This document shows positions 39,767 through 50,370 of a DNA stretch of 64,000 nucleotides, one piece after another. The translations under genes and the position numbers were made by a program. The notes beneath the pieces are model-generated. The model saw nothing but the letters and a program-made list of their open reading frames with translations. It was not told the DNA's origin and did not search any database. Each line of letters begins with the position of its first letter. The first letter of the stretch is position 1. This DNA comes from Phaeosaccion multiseriatum (Eukaryota > Protista > Ochrophyta, other classes): positions 1,364,001-1,428,000 of the forward strand of contig OZ218956.1 of assembly GCA_965112735.1 (NCBI GenBank). Reading direction: 5' to 3'.

Positions 39767-41029
39767 GGGGGGGGGGGGAGCGTGCGTGTGTTGGTGTGCG
39801 TGTGTATATGTAAGTGTGTTTTTTTGTATTCGACAATGACAATTCATCACGTCAACGGTCACTCACTCACTCACTCACTCACTCACTCACTCACGCACTC
39901 CTACCCACTCACTCACTCACTCCTTCACTTTCTCACTCACTCACTCACTCACTCACTCACTCACTGATCTAACTGCCGGGCAAGCTTGCTCTACAATACA
40001 CTCACTCACTCACTCACTCACGCACGCACTCACTCCCTCTCTCCCCCTCTCCCTTCTTCAACCGAGCCCACCTGTGTGATGAGCAGGGAGCGGCATACCC
40101 CAATGTCGAGGGACAGTAGCATCTCCTCGCTCTTGTCAAATTCGAACGTCTTGACAGCCCATGCCACCAACGCTACGAACTGCGGCGAAAACTTGTTGCC
40201 CCCTCTCCTTCGATGTCCGCTGCTGCTGCTGCTGCTGCTACCGCCCTCACGGAAGAAGCTTCCAAAGGAGGCACCGGCTTGGACGTAAGAGAGAAAGAAG
40301 AATCGGAGACCCTCCATCCAGATGGACGGGGAGAGGATGACCGACAGCGGAGGCTGAAAGGCCCTGCCATCTGTTGATAGTGCAAGACTTGTCGTTAGCA
40401 AGAGCGATTACGAGTGAGGCTTGGCGGAACTACGAACACACAAATACCACCACAACATTCGATTGAGCTTGAGTAAGACGTATCCTCACAGCAGCACAAC
40501 CGTTAAAATGAACTTAGACCCAAGTCTCCCGCGTGGATGGTGCAGCTACTCAGACCTCAGGCCCCACCTCGTGTGGAGCTAAACATGCGGAATATGCCCT
40601 TTTCAGTGTTCGGGCCGAGGCCCACCGGCACTTGCTCCAGACCGAGGTGCTGGATGAGTTGTCGCATGTTGAGAAACAGCCCTGAGTGAGTGAGTGAGGG
40701 AGTGGGTGAGTGAGCGAGCGAGTGAGTGAGTGCTTATGACCATCAAATGACTGTTCCTAGTGCTTTAGTGCATACCATGGTATTGAGTATAGGACTAAAA
40801 GTGCCATCAGCAGTGAGAGAGGAGGGAATGAGGGAGGAGTGAGCGAGTGAGTGAGTGAGTGAGTGAGTTAGGGAAGCACTCACCCATATGAGTGGCGTGG
40901 CCGACGCTAAGAAGGCGGCCTTCGTCCTCGATATGGTGAATCATCCCTCCATGTCGAGTGCTCGCTTCAAATACCGTAACATCGTGCCTCTTTGATCGGA
41001 GGGGAGAAGGAAGGAAGGCAGGGAGGAAA

Positions 41030-41065
<36 letters not shown>

Positions 41066-41334
41066 GAGAAAAGGGCGAAAGAATTGGGTGGATGACTTTA
41101 GTTGGAACGGGGGGCAGGTGGTTTGACCTTGGGCCCTGTCCTTCTCATTCTTTTACCACGCCTTGACTAGTACAGCACCTGCGAAAGCACGTATCCGCAC
41201 AGCAGCCCAGAAAGACCGCCCCCAACGATGGCTATCTTGCGCTTTGCCTCCTTGTTCAAGGTGCTCGCAACGCCCTCGGCGGGAGATGCAGCAGCAACAA
41301 CGGCGGCAGTCCGAACAGGAGGCCTCGCTCTCAT
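36909..41334 (-). CDS. FAD-dependent oxidoreductase (amine-oxidase/NAD(P)-FAD-binding family), multi-exon, start uncertain
   Basis: Rossmann motif KIAIVGGGLSGLLCGYVLSQ spliced to RHDVTVFEASTRHGG, then LFLNMRQLIQHLGL, EEHFDDVILSIHP and a C-terminal GKSGIHYCG. Confidence 0.78.
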
Positions 41335-41718
41335 AAGCCTTCTCTCTCTTAGGGCCTGTAAATTGAAAGAAGAGCCGTGCCAAAGGAGGAGAGGGAAACA
41401 AAATAGGACAGGCCAGTGTTGCTGCTGCCGCTGCTTACGATGGAGTGCCTTCATGACACCCGAACATGTAGAAGAATGTAACAAAGTGTAAAAGTAAAAG
41501 GGAGGAAAGATGGCACCAGACGCGGCTCCCCTCAATCCGATGCCGTCCATCCCCTGAACCCTCTTCTCTCCTTTGCAACAGACTGACTCTACTCGGAGGC
41601 TTCAGATCTTCCTCAGCCTCCCTTCTTCCTTGGCGCGTGCTGCTGGGGGGCGTGGCCCGACTAGCGAGCACCGCACCAGCAGCAGCAAGGTGAAGGTGGA
41701 TATCATAGGGCGGCCTCT

Positions 41719-42424
41719 ATGAAGTTCACTCGGACGCAGGCAATCCACTACTTCAAGTACGTGAAGAAGGTCCATGTGCTCTTCATGCCATTCGACGGAG
41801 GCGCTTGCTCAAGTACCCGAGAGTTCTGGCTACAGGCAAGAGAGAGAGCGGGAGAAGAGAGAGGGGAACAGAGAAAGAGTGAGAGGGAGGAAGGAAGGAG
41901 GAGCAGGAGCAGGACCGGGTGCTCCATCACGGTCTCTAACAGGACACAGACCATGGCAGAGGCGGCTGGGAGGCATGATGGAGTACAGGGAGGGGGGATT
42001 ATCGCGATACAGGGCCACGGGCGGGCCACGGGCGGGCCACGGGCGCGACAGTGCAAGGGATGGGGAAGGGATGGGGGGGCGAACAAAGAGACTACACTTT
42101 CCGTTGGTTTTTGTTGACCGACGTCTTACTCTCCAACGCGCATTATCTGGCTCTACTTCCCGCGCAGGTGAACTCCTCGCGACTGCTGAAGGTAAATCCC
42201 AAGTGCGAACTGAAGATGACCGTCGCCAACTGGCCAACTTGGCCCAAGGTGAGAGAGCTTGGCGGGGCTTCGGGATTCGCTTTGTGGCTTGAGTGGGATC
42301 AGTCAGTCTTGCGAGGGGGTAGCGTGGGGGTAGCGTGCTGCCGTTGCTGTTTTACTCTTGCAGCCACACGCATAGACGGCCGCGTCAATAGGCCTTACGG
42401 GTTTTTTGTCAGGTGAAGGCAGTG

Positions 42425-42459
<35 letters not shown>

Positions 42460-42547
42460 GCTGCTGCTGCAGCTGCTGCTTTCCTGTCCGTCTGAGATCT
42501 CAGAAACCACTCGGGGATAGTACAGCAGGACAGAACAGCAAGGACGG

Positions 42548-42580
<33 letters not shown>

Positions 42581-42874
42581 GCACGCACGCACACCAACAC
42601 ACACACACACACACGCACGCACGCACACCAACACACACACCGGCACGCCTCCTGCCTCTCTGCGCTCCTTGTCTGCCCCACCCCTCTGCATACACATATC
42701 GAATCTCTTTGTCTCTCTCTGCAGGTGGACGTGAAGTTTGTGGACGGGCAGGAGATCAACTTCAACGCGCGGCATTACAAGGTTGAGGACATGTTCGAAC
42801 AGATACACCTCAAGGCCGAAACCATCGACACCAAGTACGTGCTGGCCAACAAGAGCATCGAGGACGAGATATAG
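41719..42874 (+). CDS. Mitochondrial ribosomal protein mL53-like (yeast Mrpl44 family), exons 41719-41835, 42168-42248 and 42725-42874
   Basis: 115-aa product: MKFTRTQAIHYFKYVKKVHVLFMPFDGGACSSTREFWLQ|VNSSRLLKVNPKCELKMTVANWPTWPK|VDVKFVDGQEINFNARHYKVEDMFEQI... All exons are phase 0 and the first intron is GC-AG. Confidence 0.78.
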
Positions 42875-43327
42875 TGAAGATACCGATAGAAGAAAGGGGT
42901 GAACATCGAGGACGAGATGTCGTGATGATACCGTATGATGACAGCATACGAGTACGTGCATGGCGCCGCTGTTTTTCCTTGTGGGTGGGCCTCTGTCAGA
43001 GGGAAGAAGAGAAGACAGACGGAAGTAAGACAGAGTGTGGGAGGGAGGTAAGGCGGAGCGAGGAAGCGAACGAGAGGCACAAATGGTGCATGTGAAGGTG
43101 AGAGAGAGGCCGTCGCTTGTGCCACTCCTCAGCCCTCAGCCGGTCGGGCGTCGGGCATCCAACACCACCGTTGTACATAAAATGAAAAGGTGCGAACTAC
43201 ACTGCGAAGACTAAGCGTTTCAGGGTATGCATAACAATGGCACAGCATTGAATCGATGTTGTGGAAGGTAAGTGTTCATTCCTTGTCCGAGAAGGAGGCG
43301 ACGGGCTGCACAGAGAGAGAGAGAGTG

Positions 43328-43766
43328 TCAGCCCCATGCACGCCTAGCGGTTTTGCTCTAGGCCGCTAGGCCGCTCGGCCTTCGCCGATCTAGGCCTAGG
43401 CCGGCGGCCTCCGGCCGCTCTAGGCCGCTCACTTTTCAGACCTAGGCGGCCTCTAGCCCGCCTCTAGGCAGCCTCCCAGTGACCGTGGGCGCGTGCGTGG
43501 TGCCGCCCAGCCAGTGGGTAGCAGCACACCTGTAGGCCTGCACTCATCGTAGGGCCAGCGAGGCGGAAAGAAGACAACACGAAACAATCCTATGCAATAC
43601 ATTTGCTTAAAACTGATTCCTCTTTGCACTCTGGGCACTCCCACCGTCCGCCTAGTTTGCGTCTGCCCTAGGCCGCGGCATATAAATAGGCCGAGGGCCT
43701 ACGGCCCTCGCTAGGCCGGGCAATTTTCCCAAATAGGCCTAGGCCGCTAGGCGTGCATGAGGCTGA
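43328..43766. mobile_element. MITE/non-autonomous TIR element (439 bp)
   Basis: 23-bp TIRs TCAGCCCCATGCACGCCTAGCGG / CCGCTAGGCGTGCATGAGGCTGA with 1 mismatch. Dense subterminal CTAGGCC/GGCCTAG motifs. A second copy of the left end lies at 47647. No TSD visible. Confidence 0.82.
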
Positions 43767-43896
43767 TCTTTTTTCACCCTACTCCTCACTCGGATCGCCT
43801 TGGGGTCTGAACAGACCCCCTTCAGATAGAAAACAGGGCAGACAGCTTATTGCTCCATTGCGCGCAAACATGTGCGGGGCCGCCTAGTTCGGGCCA

Positions 43897-43999
43897 GCTG
43901 GCTGGTGGATGGCACTGGATGGCTGGCTGGTGGATGGCACTGGATGGTTGGCCTGGTGGATGGCACTGGATGGCTGGCCTGGTGGATGGCACTGGATGG
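43897..43999. repeat. Minisatellite, about 4 x 25-26 bp (GCTGGTGGATGGCACTGGATGGCTG)
   Basis: Directly visible tandem units. Confidence 0.9.
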
Positions 44000-44553
44000 T
44001 CAGTCAGTCCAACAGTGATCGTAATAACAACGTCTTACACATTTTGCGTTTATCGATGTAACCTAGCTACACGCGGCAATAGCCGCCACGACTTTTCTAC
44101 TTGTAATACAGAGACAAATTGTATCCTCCGAAAGGCAGGTGTCCTCTTCCATAACAGCCCGCCCCCCCCCTCCTCCTCAAGTACCCGAGACGGGCGCCAT
44201 GGCGTGGCATGACATGATGCACAGGGCGACTCAACTGACGTGCTCCTCCCCCCGAGCCCCACAGGCAGACCGTACAACACTCGCCCCCTCTCGCACCACC
44301 GCCCTTGCTTGTACCAATCGCTCCGTCCGACACCTTTCCTACCCAAAATGGACGTGTGTGCTCGCGTTTACGTTAAAAATGAAGTTTTGTCTCAGCAACA
44401 TGGCGTTGACCCTGCTGCACCCTCTTGCCCCTTCTTAAAGCAGACGCCAGAATCAGCCCCGAGACCCGCCCCAACGCCCTGAAACCGAAAAGTAACCCCC
44501 CCACCCCCCCCCCCTCTTGTCCTTGACTTGCTTCTCGCAAACAACTTCCCCAC

Positions 44554-47431
44554 TTAGGAGGAACCACGCGCGGGGAAGGCAGTTCCCCAAGGCCCGTCCA
44601 CAATGTAATCCTCGTCGTGCGGGGAGCTGAGGATGGCGTCGCGCCCCTTGACCGCCTGGCCGGTGGCGCTGTCGAGCTTGAGGGTCTGCGTCTCGCCGAG
44701 GACACCGCTCCACTCCTCCACGCCCTGGTCATCAGGAGAGAGCAGGATGGTGGCGTCGACAACGTGGGCGTGGCAGCGCTCAGTCTCTTGGCGGTAGTCG
44801 ATCTGGAAGGCGTAGGCGGAGGTGTTGATGTACACTGAGGCCCAACTGACGGGGGAGTCGAAGAGGTCACGGGTAGTACGCTTCTCGGCGATCCAGGCCG
44901 AGCACGCTTCGCGGTCCTCCATCGTGTACAGACGAGCCTCAAGCACATCCAGGGCACGAAGGTCGGCGGTGGATGCCGGGTCTTCCTCGACGAGCACAAG
45001 ACGACGCTGCGTCGCCAAACGGAGCTGCTCCTCCTCCTCCTCGAGACGGTGCATCATGTGCCTGTCTCTCTTGATCTGGCAGGCCCCGACATTGTTGAAC
45101 GCCCGGACTGACGCGCCGTTCTCGAGCTCGTATTCACCGGGAGACGTAACCGTTTCCCCATTGATGATCATCTCCAGGGAGCCTTGGCCGAGGCACGCGT
45201 CGCCCTCGCCCGCCGGGCATCCTGGGTTGTACTTGGACACGTCCTTCACGCCGACATCAATCTCGTACTCCGCCAAGCCGTCCTCAGAAAACAAGGTGAT
45301 ACCGTGCCGAGTCACATAGGTCTGTGAAAGAGAAAAGAGGGGCAGGGGAAAGGCAGGGACCAAGCCGCCCAGAGCCAGCCAGAGGGAGTACACGCACTGT
45401 CAAGCAAGAGCCACCATCGACTGGCAGGCAACGAGTTGCATGAAATGAGCGAGAAGAGCCGAGACACCTACCGGCAGGAGCCCATTCTCGCACTCTTCGA
45501 AGATATGGAGCAGCCAGTTCCACTGCAAGTGGTGCTCGGCGAGTGCGGCGAACCATTTGGCGTGGAGGCCCTTGAACAGGAAGGCTTGACCCTTAAGACC
45601 GATCACGACGGGGTCGTCATTGACACCCGCCGTCGAACACTCGAGGACACCGGCCGGGCTGAGGAAAAAGGATGGAGGGAGAGCGACGTGTGGATGGGCG
45701 TAAGAGAACTAGGTTACATATTGCAGCGTGTGAGAATGAGCGATGGCAACGAAAGAGCTTCCATCTTCAGGTTAGCTATAGCTAGCCCATGAGAGCGAAC
45801 AAGCAAGAGGAGGGCCGGAGATCGGAATACACGTGGCTGGCTTGGTGTGTGGCAGCCACGTGCGTGAACAGGCGCAAAGAAGGTGTGATCTCTCCCATGC
45901 CTTGCCAATACTTCGTACCAAAACCCTTTGACCTTTGAAAGCTTACCAATCAGCGATACAGCAGGAGCTGCCCGTAAGATCCGGCAGCCCAGAAACAAAG
46001 TTATTCTACTTTGATGAGGAGCAGCCAGGCAGTGCGGTGAGCAAGAGGGAGATGATGCCGGCCGGGGCAGGTCGGTCGAGCGTAGCTATGAGCGAGGCGT
46101 GTGATGATATCATGGAGGGAATTGCTTTAAACAGCTCAAACATAGTTAGTAGCTAGCTAGGGGCGGGGAGGGCGGGGGACAGATGAGGCAGAAAAGAAGA
46201 AGAGACAGGCAGGGACAGGCCGGTGGCGCAGACAGACACACTTGGTAACAATGTGTCCATCCATTGGCATAGCTACCATCGCTTACCTCCCCACACCTAG
46301 GTCCATCCGGAGCCTCACCACCCGTCGTGCTGCAGTCAATGACACAGTTCTGGTGGGCGCACGGCCGGTCCATCAGTGAAGAGCGAAGAGTGAGGGAGAG
46401 TACAGTCGACAAGAGGAGCAGAGAGGGAGCGAGGCAAGGGGCGGGCGGGATGCGGGACAGAGGGGGGGGGGGAAGAAGGAAGGGGAGGGGAAGTAAGCAA
46501 AACGCAATGAAGTGGGGGGGGGACAAGCAAGACAGCCACCCAAGGAGTCTGAAAAACAACCGAGCGAATTCAGCAGCTAGCCAAGTTCTAGCATGAGCGA
46601 TGAGCCTTGATCAAGCATGCTCCGCGCCCCATCCAGCCATGCCTGCTGGTCCAACGCCACCGAACATCATGAGAACGTACGTTTAGAGTGTATCCCTTGT
46701 TTTAACCAGACGAACAAGCCAGGAGCCAGGAAGGGCAGGGAATCGGACCGACCGGCCGGGGCACAAAGAAGAGTGAGCAAAGAAGAGGGGGGAGGGAGGA
46801 GCAGAGGCAGTGGGGGCTGGCTGGGTTAGGCCAAGCAACGTCAAGAGAAAAGAGCCTCACCAATCGAGTCCACCACCAAGCAACTAGTAGTAGTACGGCA
46901 AAACAAAAAACACTTCATTCCGGTAACAACAACAAGGCAGGCAGGGAGGAGGGGAAGAAAGAAGAGGCTGACGAAGAAAAGGTTCAAGTCAAGAGGAGGA
47001 CGAGCGGGTCGGAGTTGGGGCGGCGAGGGGGGGAGCTCGGTAGGGAGGGGAAACTAAGATCCTCACAGGCTCAACAAGATCCATCAAGATCCTCACCAGC
47101 CACCAGCAGGCAGGCAGCAGCTAGCCAAGTAAGCACCATATGCAGCGAGAGGGGGCCGGGGCAGCCAGGGCGGCCCAGGCAGAGCAGCCCGTTGTACAGC
47201 AGCAGCAGCAGCGAGTCCCAAACTTACCGCGCAGCCAAAGGCACCGCAGAGGATGGGACTGGCCTGTGTTCCAAAACCCGCATTATTAAATGGGGGGGGA
47301 AGTGGTACTGGGTCGTTAGGATTAAAAACAACCAAACTCCCTCTAGGGCGCAGGGCAGTACATAATGATGTCGCCCACGCAGAAGGCGCCAAGCACCCCA
47401 ACAGAACGACCAAGACAGCCCACCCGTGCAT
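44554..47431 (-). CDS. Secreted Cys-rich protein with a VWD/root-cap-like C-terminal domain, at least 5 exons
   Basis: Signal peptide MHGWAVLVVLLGCLAPSAWA. Spliced exons NCVIDC...CGE|NNFVSG..CCIADC|PAGVLECSTAGVNDDPVVIGLKGQAFLFKG...LQWN and WSGVLGETQ...EDYIVDGPWGTAF resemble the GDPH...F.F.G...LQ.N...HGVLGQT...DY.V pattern. Confidence 0.65.
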
Positions 47432-47646
47432 ATTCTCGTGTGCTACTGCGACGACTCGGTGTGTGTTGTGTTCACCTGGTTGTGTTAATGGCCCGCCTCC
47501 TCAAAAGGGGTACTAAAAATAAGCAACCAATAGCCAGACCCCATTTCGGGCTCCGGGCTTCCTGTGGTGGGTGGGCCATAGATAGTCGCTCCGGCGGGCT
47601 TCTGGCCACAGGCCAGCGGTCTGGGCTTCAGGCTTCTCAGCCAGGG

Positions 47647-48256
47647 TCAGCCCCATGCACGCCTACGGGTTTTGCTCTAGGCCGCTAGCTAGGCCGCTCG
47701 GCCGGCCTTCGGCCGACCTAAGCCTAGATAGGCCGGCGGCCTCCGGCCGCTCGAGGCCGCTCACTTTTCAGTTTTAGTGTAGGCGGCCTCTAAAAAACTA
47801 AAAATTGGGGGGAGCCACGCGCGCACAGCCAGGCCCACCTTGATGCAGCTTAAGCTAGGAGATGACCTGACCCGCCTTGATGCTAGCTTTAGGCAGATGA
47901 CCAGACCAACTTGAGTGAAGAAAGAAGCTGTCTGATTTAATTTCAAAACAATTATCACCAGCCAGCCATCTGCGCGCCACTTCGCTCCCGGGTGGGCTGG
48001 GCTGCTTCGCTCCCGGGTGGGCTGGGCTGGCCTTCAGCCGGCTTCATGCTGAGAGAGCATCGGGAACAAAATCAGGGTTCGCTCTCGGGTGGAAGGCTAG
48101 GCAGTGGTGGCCACTGGATCAAGGCACTGAAAATGGCATCGCTCGCGGCACTTCGGACCATCGCACTTGGGAATGAAGTGCCTCCTGTTCGGCCCCAGAC
48201 TGGCCTAGAAGCCTAGGCCTATTTTTGGCGCAGCCCCCCTGGCCTAGCTAGGCCTA
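47647..48256. mobile_element. Second, decayed copy of the TIR family with coding remnants, plus a third degenerate terminus at 48189
   Basis: 47647-47791 aligns with 43328-43455. 48189-48224 matches the reverse complement of the copy-1 right end at 28/36. Minus-strand remnants resemble a PHD finger and possibly a hAT dimerisation domain. Confidence 0.65.
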
Positions 48257-48404
48257 TCGACCTGGGACAAGATTACGGTGCTGCGCCGGCCGTAATCAGT
48301 AATCAGAAAATCTTGTCCAGGGTCGACTCCCTCCCTCCCTCCCTCCCTCCCCTCCCCTGGCTGCCCCGCCTCGGCACCCTCTCGGCCTCGGCCCTCTCTC
48401 ACTC

Positions 48405-49492
48405 ACCTGGGCAGAGTTCACAAGCAATGCGTCACAAAGTCGCTCATAGGCCGCCGTCTCCGCCCCTCTCTCCCCCGTCCCGGCCCCTCCCTCCCCCTCC
48501 CCGCCCCCCTGCCCCTGCCCCTGTCCATGGTAAGGTGTCATCATCAGCTCCGGTACCACACGACCGAGGCTGCCGAAGGGAATCGCTGAGCCGAGGAGCA
48601 GGCTCAGCATCGGCACCAGCCACGTCAATCTGGGCAACCTTCCGTCTCTGCCAGGCTGCTGCTGACCCCTCGCGTGTCTCCTCCAAAGGAGAGAGGAGGG
48701 GCCTTCCTTTGCTGTAGACGAGCAGGGCCGCACCTGTCTCTTCCTGAGACGCCCCGCCGTGCTGGCACTGCCCGGCCGCCCGCCCTAGCTACTCTCAGCG
48801 TATTGAGTGTGAGAGAGGGGATGGATGGATGGATGGATGGGGGGAGGGAGGGAGGGAGGGAGAGAGGGATGGAATGGATGGATGGAGGGAGGCAGGGAGG
48901 GAGGGAGGGAGGGAGAAAGGGAGGGAAGGAGGAAGGGAGAGAGGGAGGGAGGGAGGTAGGGAGGGAGCGAGGTAGGGAGAGAGAGAGAGGGAGGAACGGA
49001 GGGAGGGAGGGAGCGATGGATGGAGGGAGGGAGGGGGGGAAGGACGCTTCTGAAAAATCTCTCTCATACACACACGCCATCGCACGTGGGCGCACACACA
49101 TACACACGCACGCACACACACACGCACCTCTGTCATTCCGTGGTCTCCCATGACTAAGACCAGGGTGTCATCTCCTATGGCGCGAAACAGCCATAAAAGA
49201 ATCAAGTCAGGCGACAAATCAGTCTCGACTCGATGGGGAAGAGGAGACTCCATGCCCCTTGTCGCCTAACCCACGCTCGTCCTCCTCCCCCTTTGCCCCT
49301 CCCTCCCTTGACCTTTGCCTCTTGCCCCAAGCCCCATGTGCCCCACCCCACCTGCCAGCCTGAAGATGGTAGCCAACGCCTCGTCCATCTCGCCGAGCTT
49401 GCGGGCCATTGCCGGAGAGCCGGGGCCGAACGTATGACCTGTCAATCGGGGCAGGGGGGAGAGAGAAGGAGAGAGAGAGAGAGAGAGAGAGA

Positions 49493-49567
<75 letters not shown>

Positions 49568-49840
49568 ACAGACAGACAGACGGGCAGAAAGGCAGGCGAG
49601 CAAAGAGACGCAGACGGAGAGATTGAGACAACGCAGCAGGCAGAGAGACAGACAGATGCAGATGCAGACACATGCCAAGACAGACGGCCAACCTACCCCC
49701 CTCACTGCCCCTCCTCACTGCTTCACTCCATGTATCACCAATGCCTCATTGCCTGACCCACCGACATGGTCCACTCCTAGGAAGTGAGCAACGAGCACGT
49801 CCCAGCCAATCCTCCCTCATAAGCTCCTCCTCGAGGTGGA
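48405..49840 (-). pseudogene. Internal fragment of GPI ethanolamine-phosphate transferase (PIG-O/GPI13-like), frameshifted, introns retained
   Basis: WDVLVAHFLGVDHVG|HTFGPGSPAMARKLGEMDEAL, DDTLVLVMGDHGMTE, HGGASQEETGAALLVYS, VAQID-(GTGG insertion at 48620-48623)-LVPMLSLLLGSAIPFGSLG and ALLVNSAQV. A second frameshift lies near 49808. No N-terminus or TM region is visible. Confidence 0.82.
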
Positions 49841-49890
49841 GTTGGAGACAGTTGGAGACAGTTGGAGACAGTTGGAGACAGTTGGAGACA
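49841..49890. repeat. (GTTGGAGACA) x5 tandem repeat
   Basis: Five perfect 10-bp units abutting the 5' edge of the PIG-O fragment. Confidence 0.95.
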
Positions 49891-50370
49891 CTGCGCTGGC
49901 TACGCGCAGATGCTTGTCACCTATGCCGTTGGGGCAGTACTGCTTGTGACTTCGCTGTACAGAGTGCTAAAAGCCTGGTCGTGCTGCAGTGACTGCGATC
50001 CGAGAGCGTCACGTGTGGATGGGACGAGTACTCATGCCCCGAGGTGCTGCTCAACGAGGGCAAGTAGAATGCGGGGAGGAATGAGACGTTTGAGGATATC
50101 AAGCAATGGGTACACGCCAACGGCTATCCCTACAGAGCCTTGACTTTTGTGGAAGCAATCAACTGAAACTAACAAGATGGAAGATCATCGTGGATGCACG
50201 GGGTTGAGATTAGGATGGAGTTGAATGTATTGGAGGCGGGCGGGAAGCCCTCCTCTTTAGCGTTAGCCCTTGAGAGGGGCCCTGCTGCTGGCGCCGTCCA
50301 TCTTTGCCCCCGGTGGTGCAGTAGGAAAGTAGGGCAGAGCTCCCATCCGAGGGAGGGGTGAAGCGACGCG

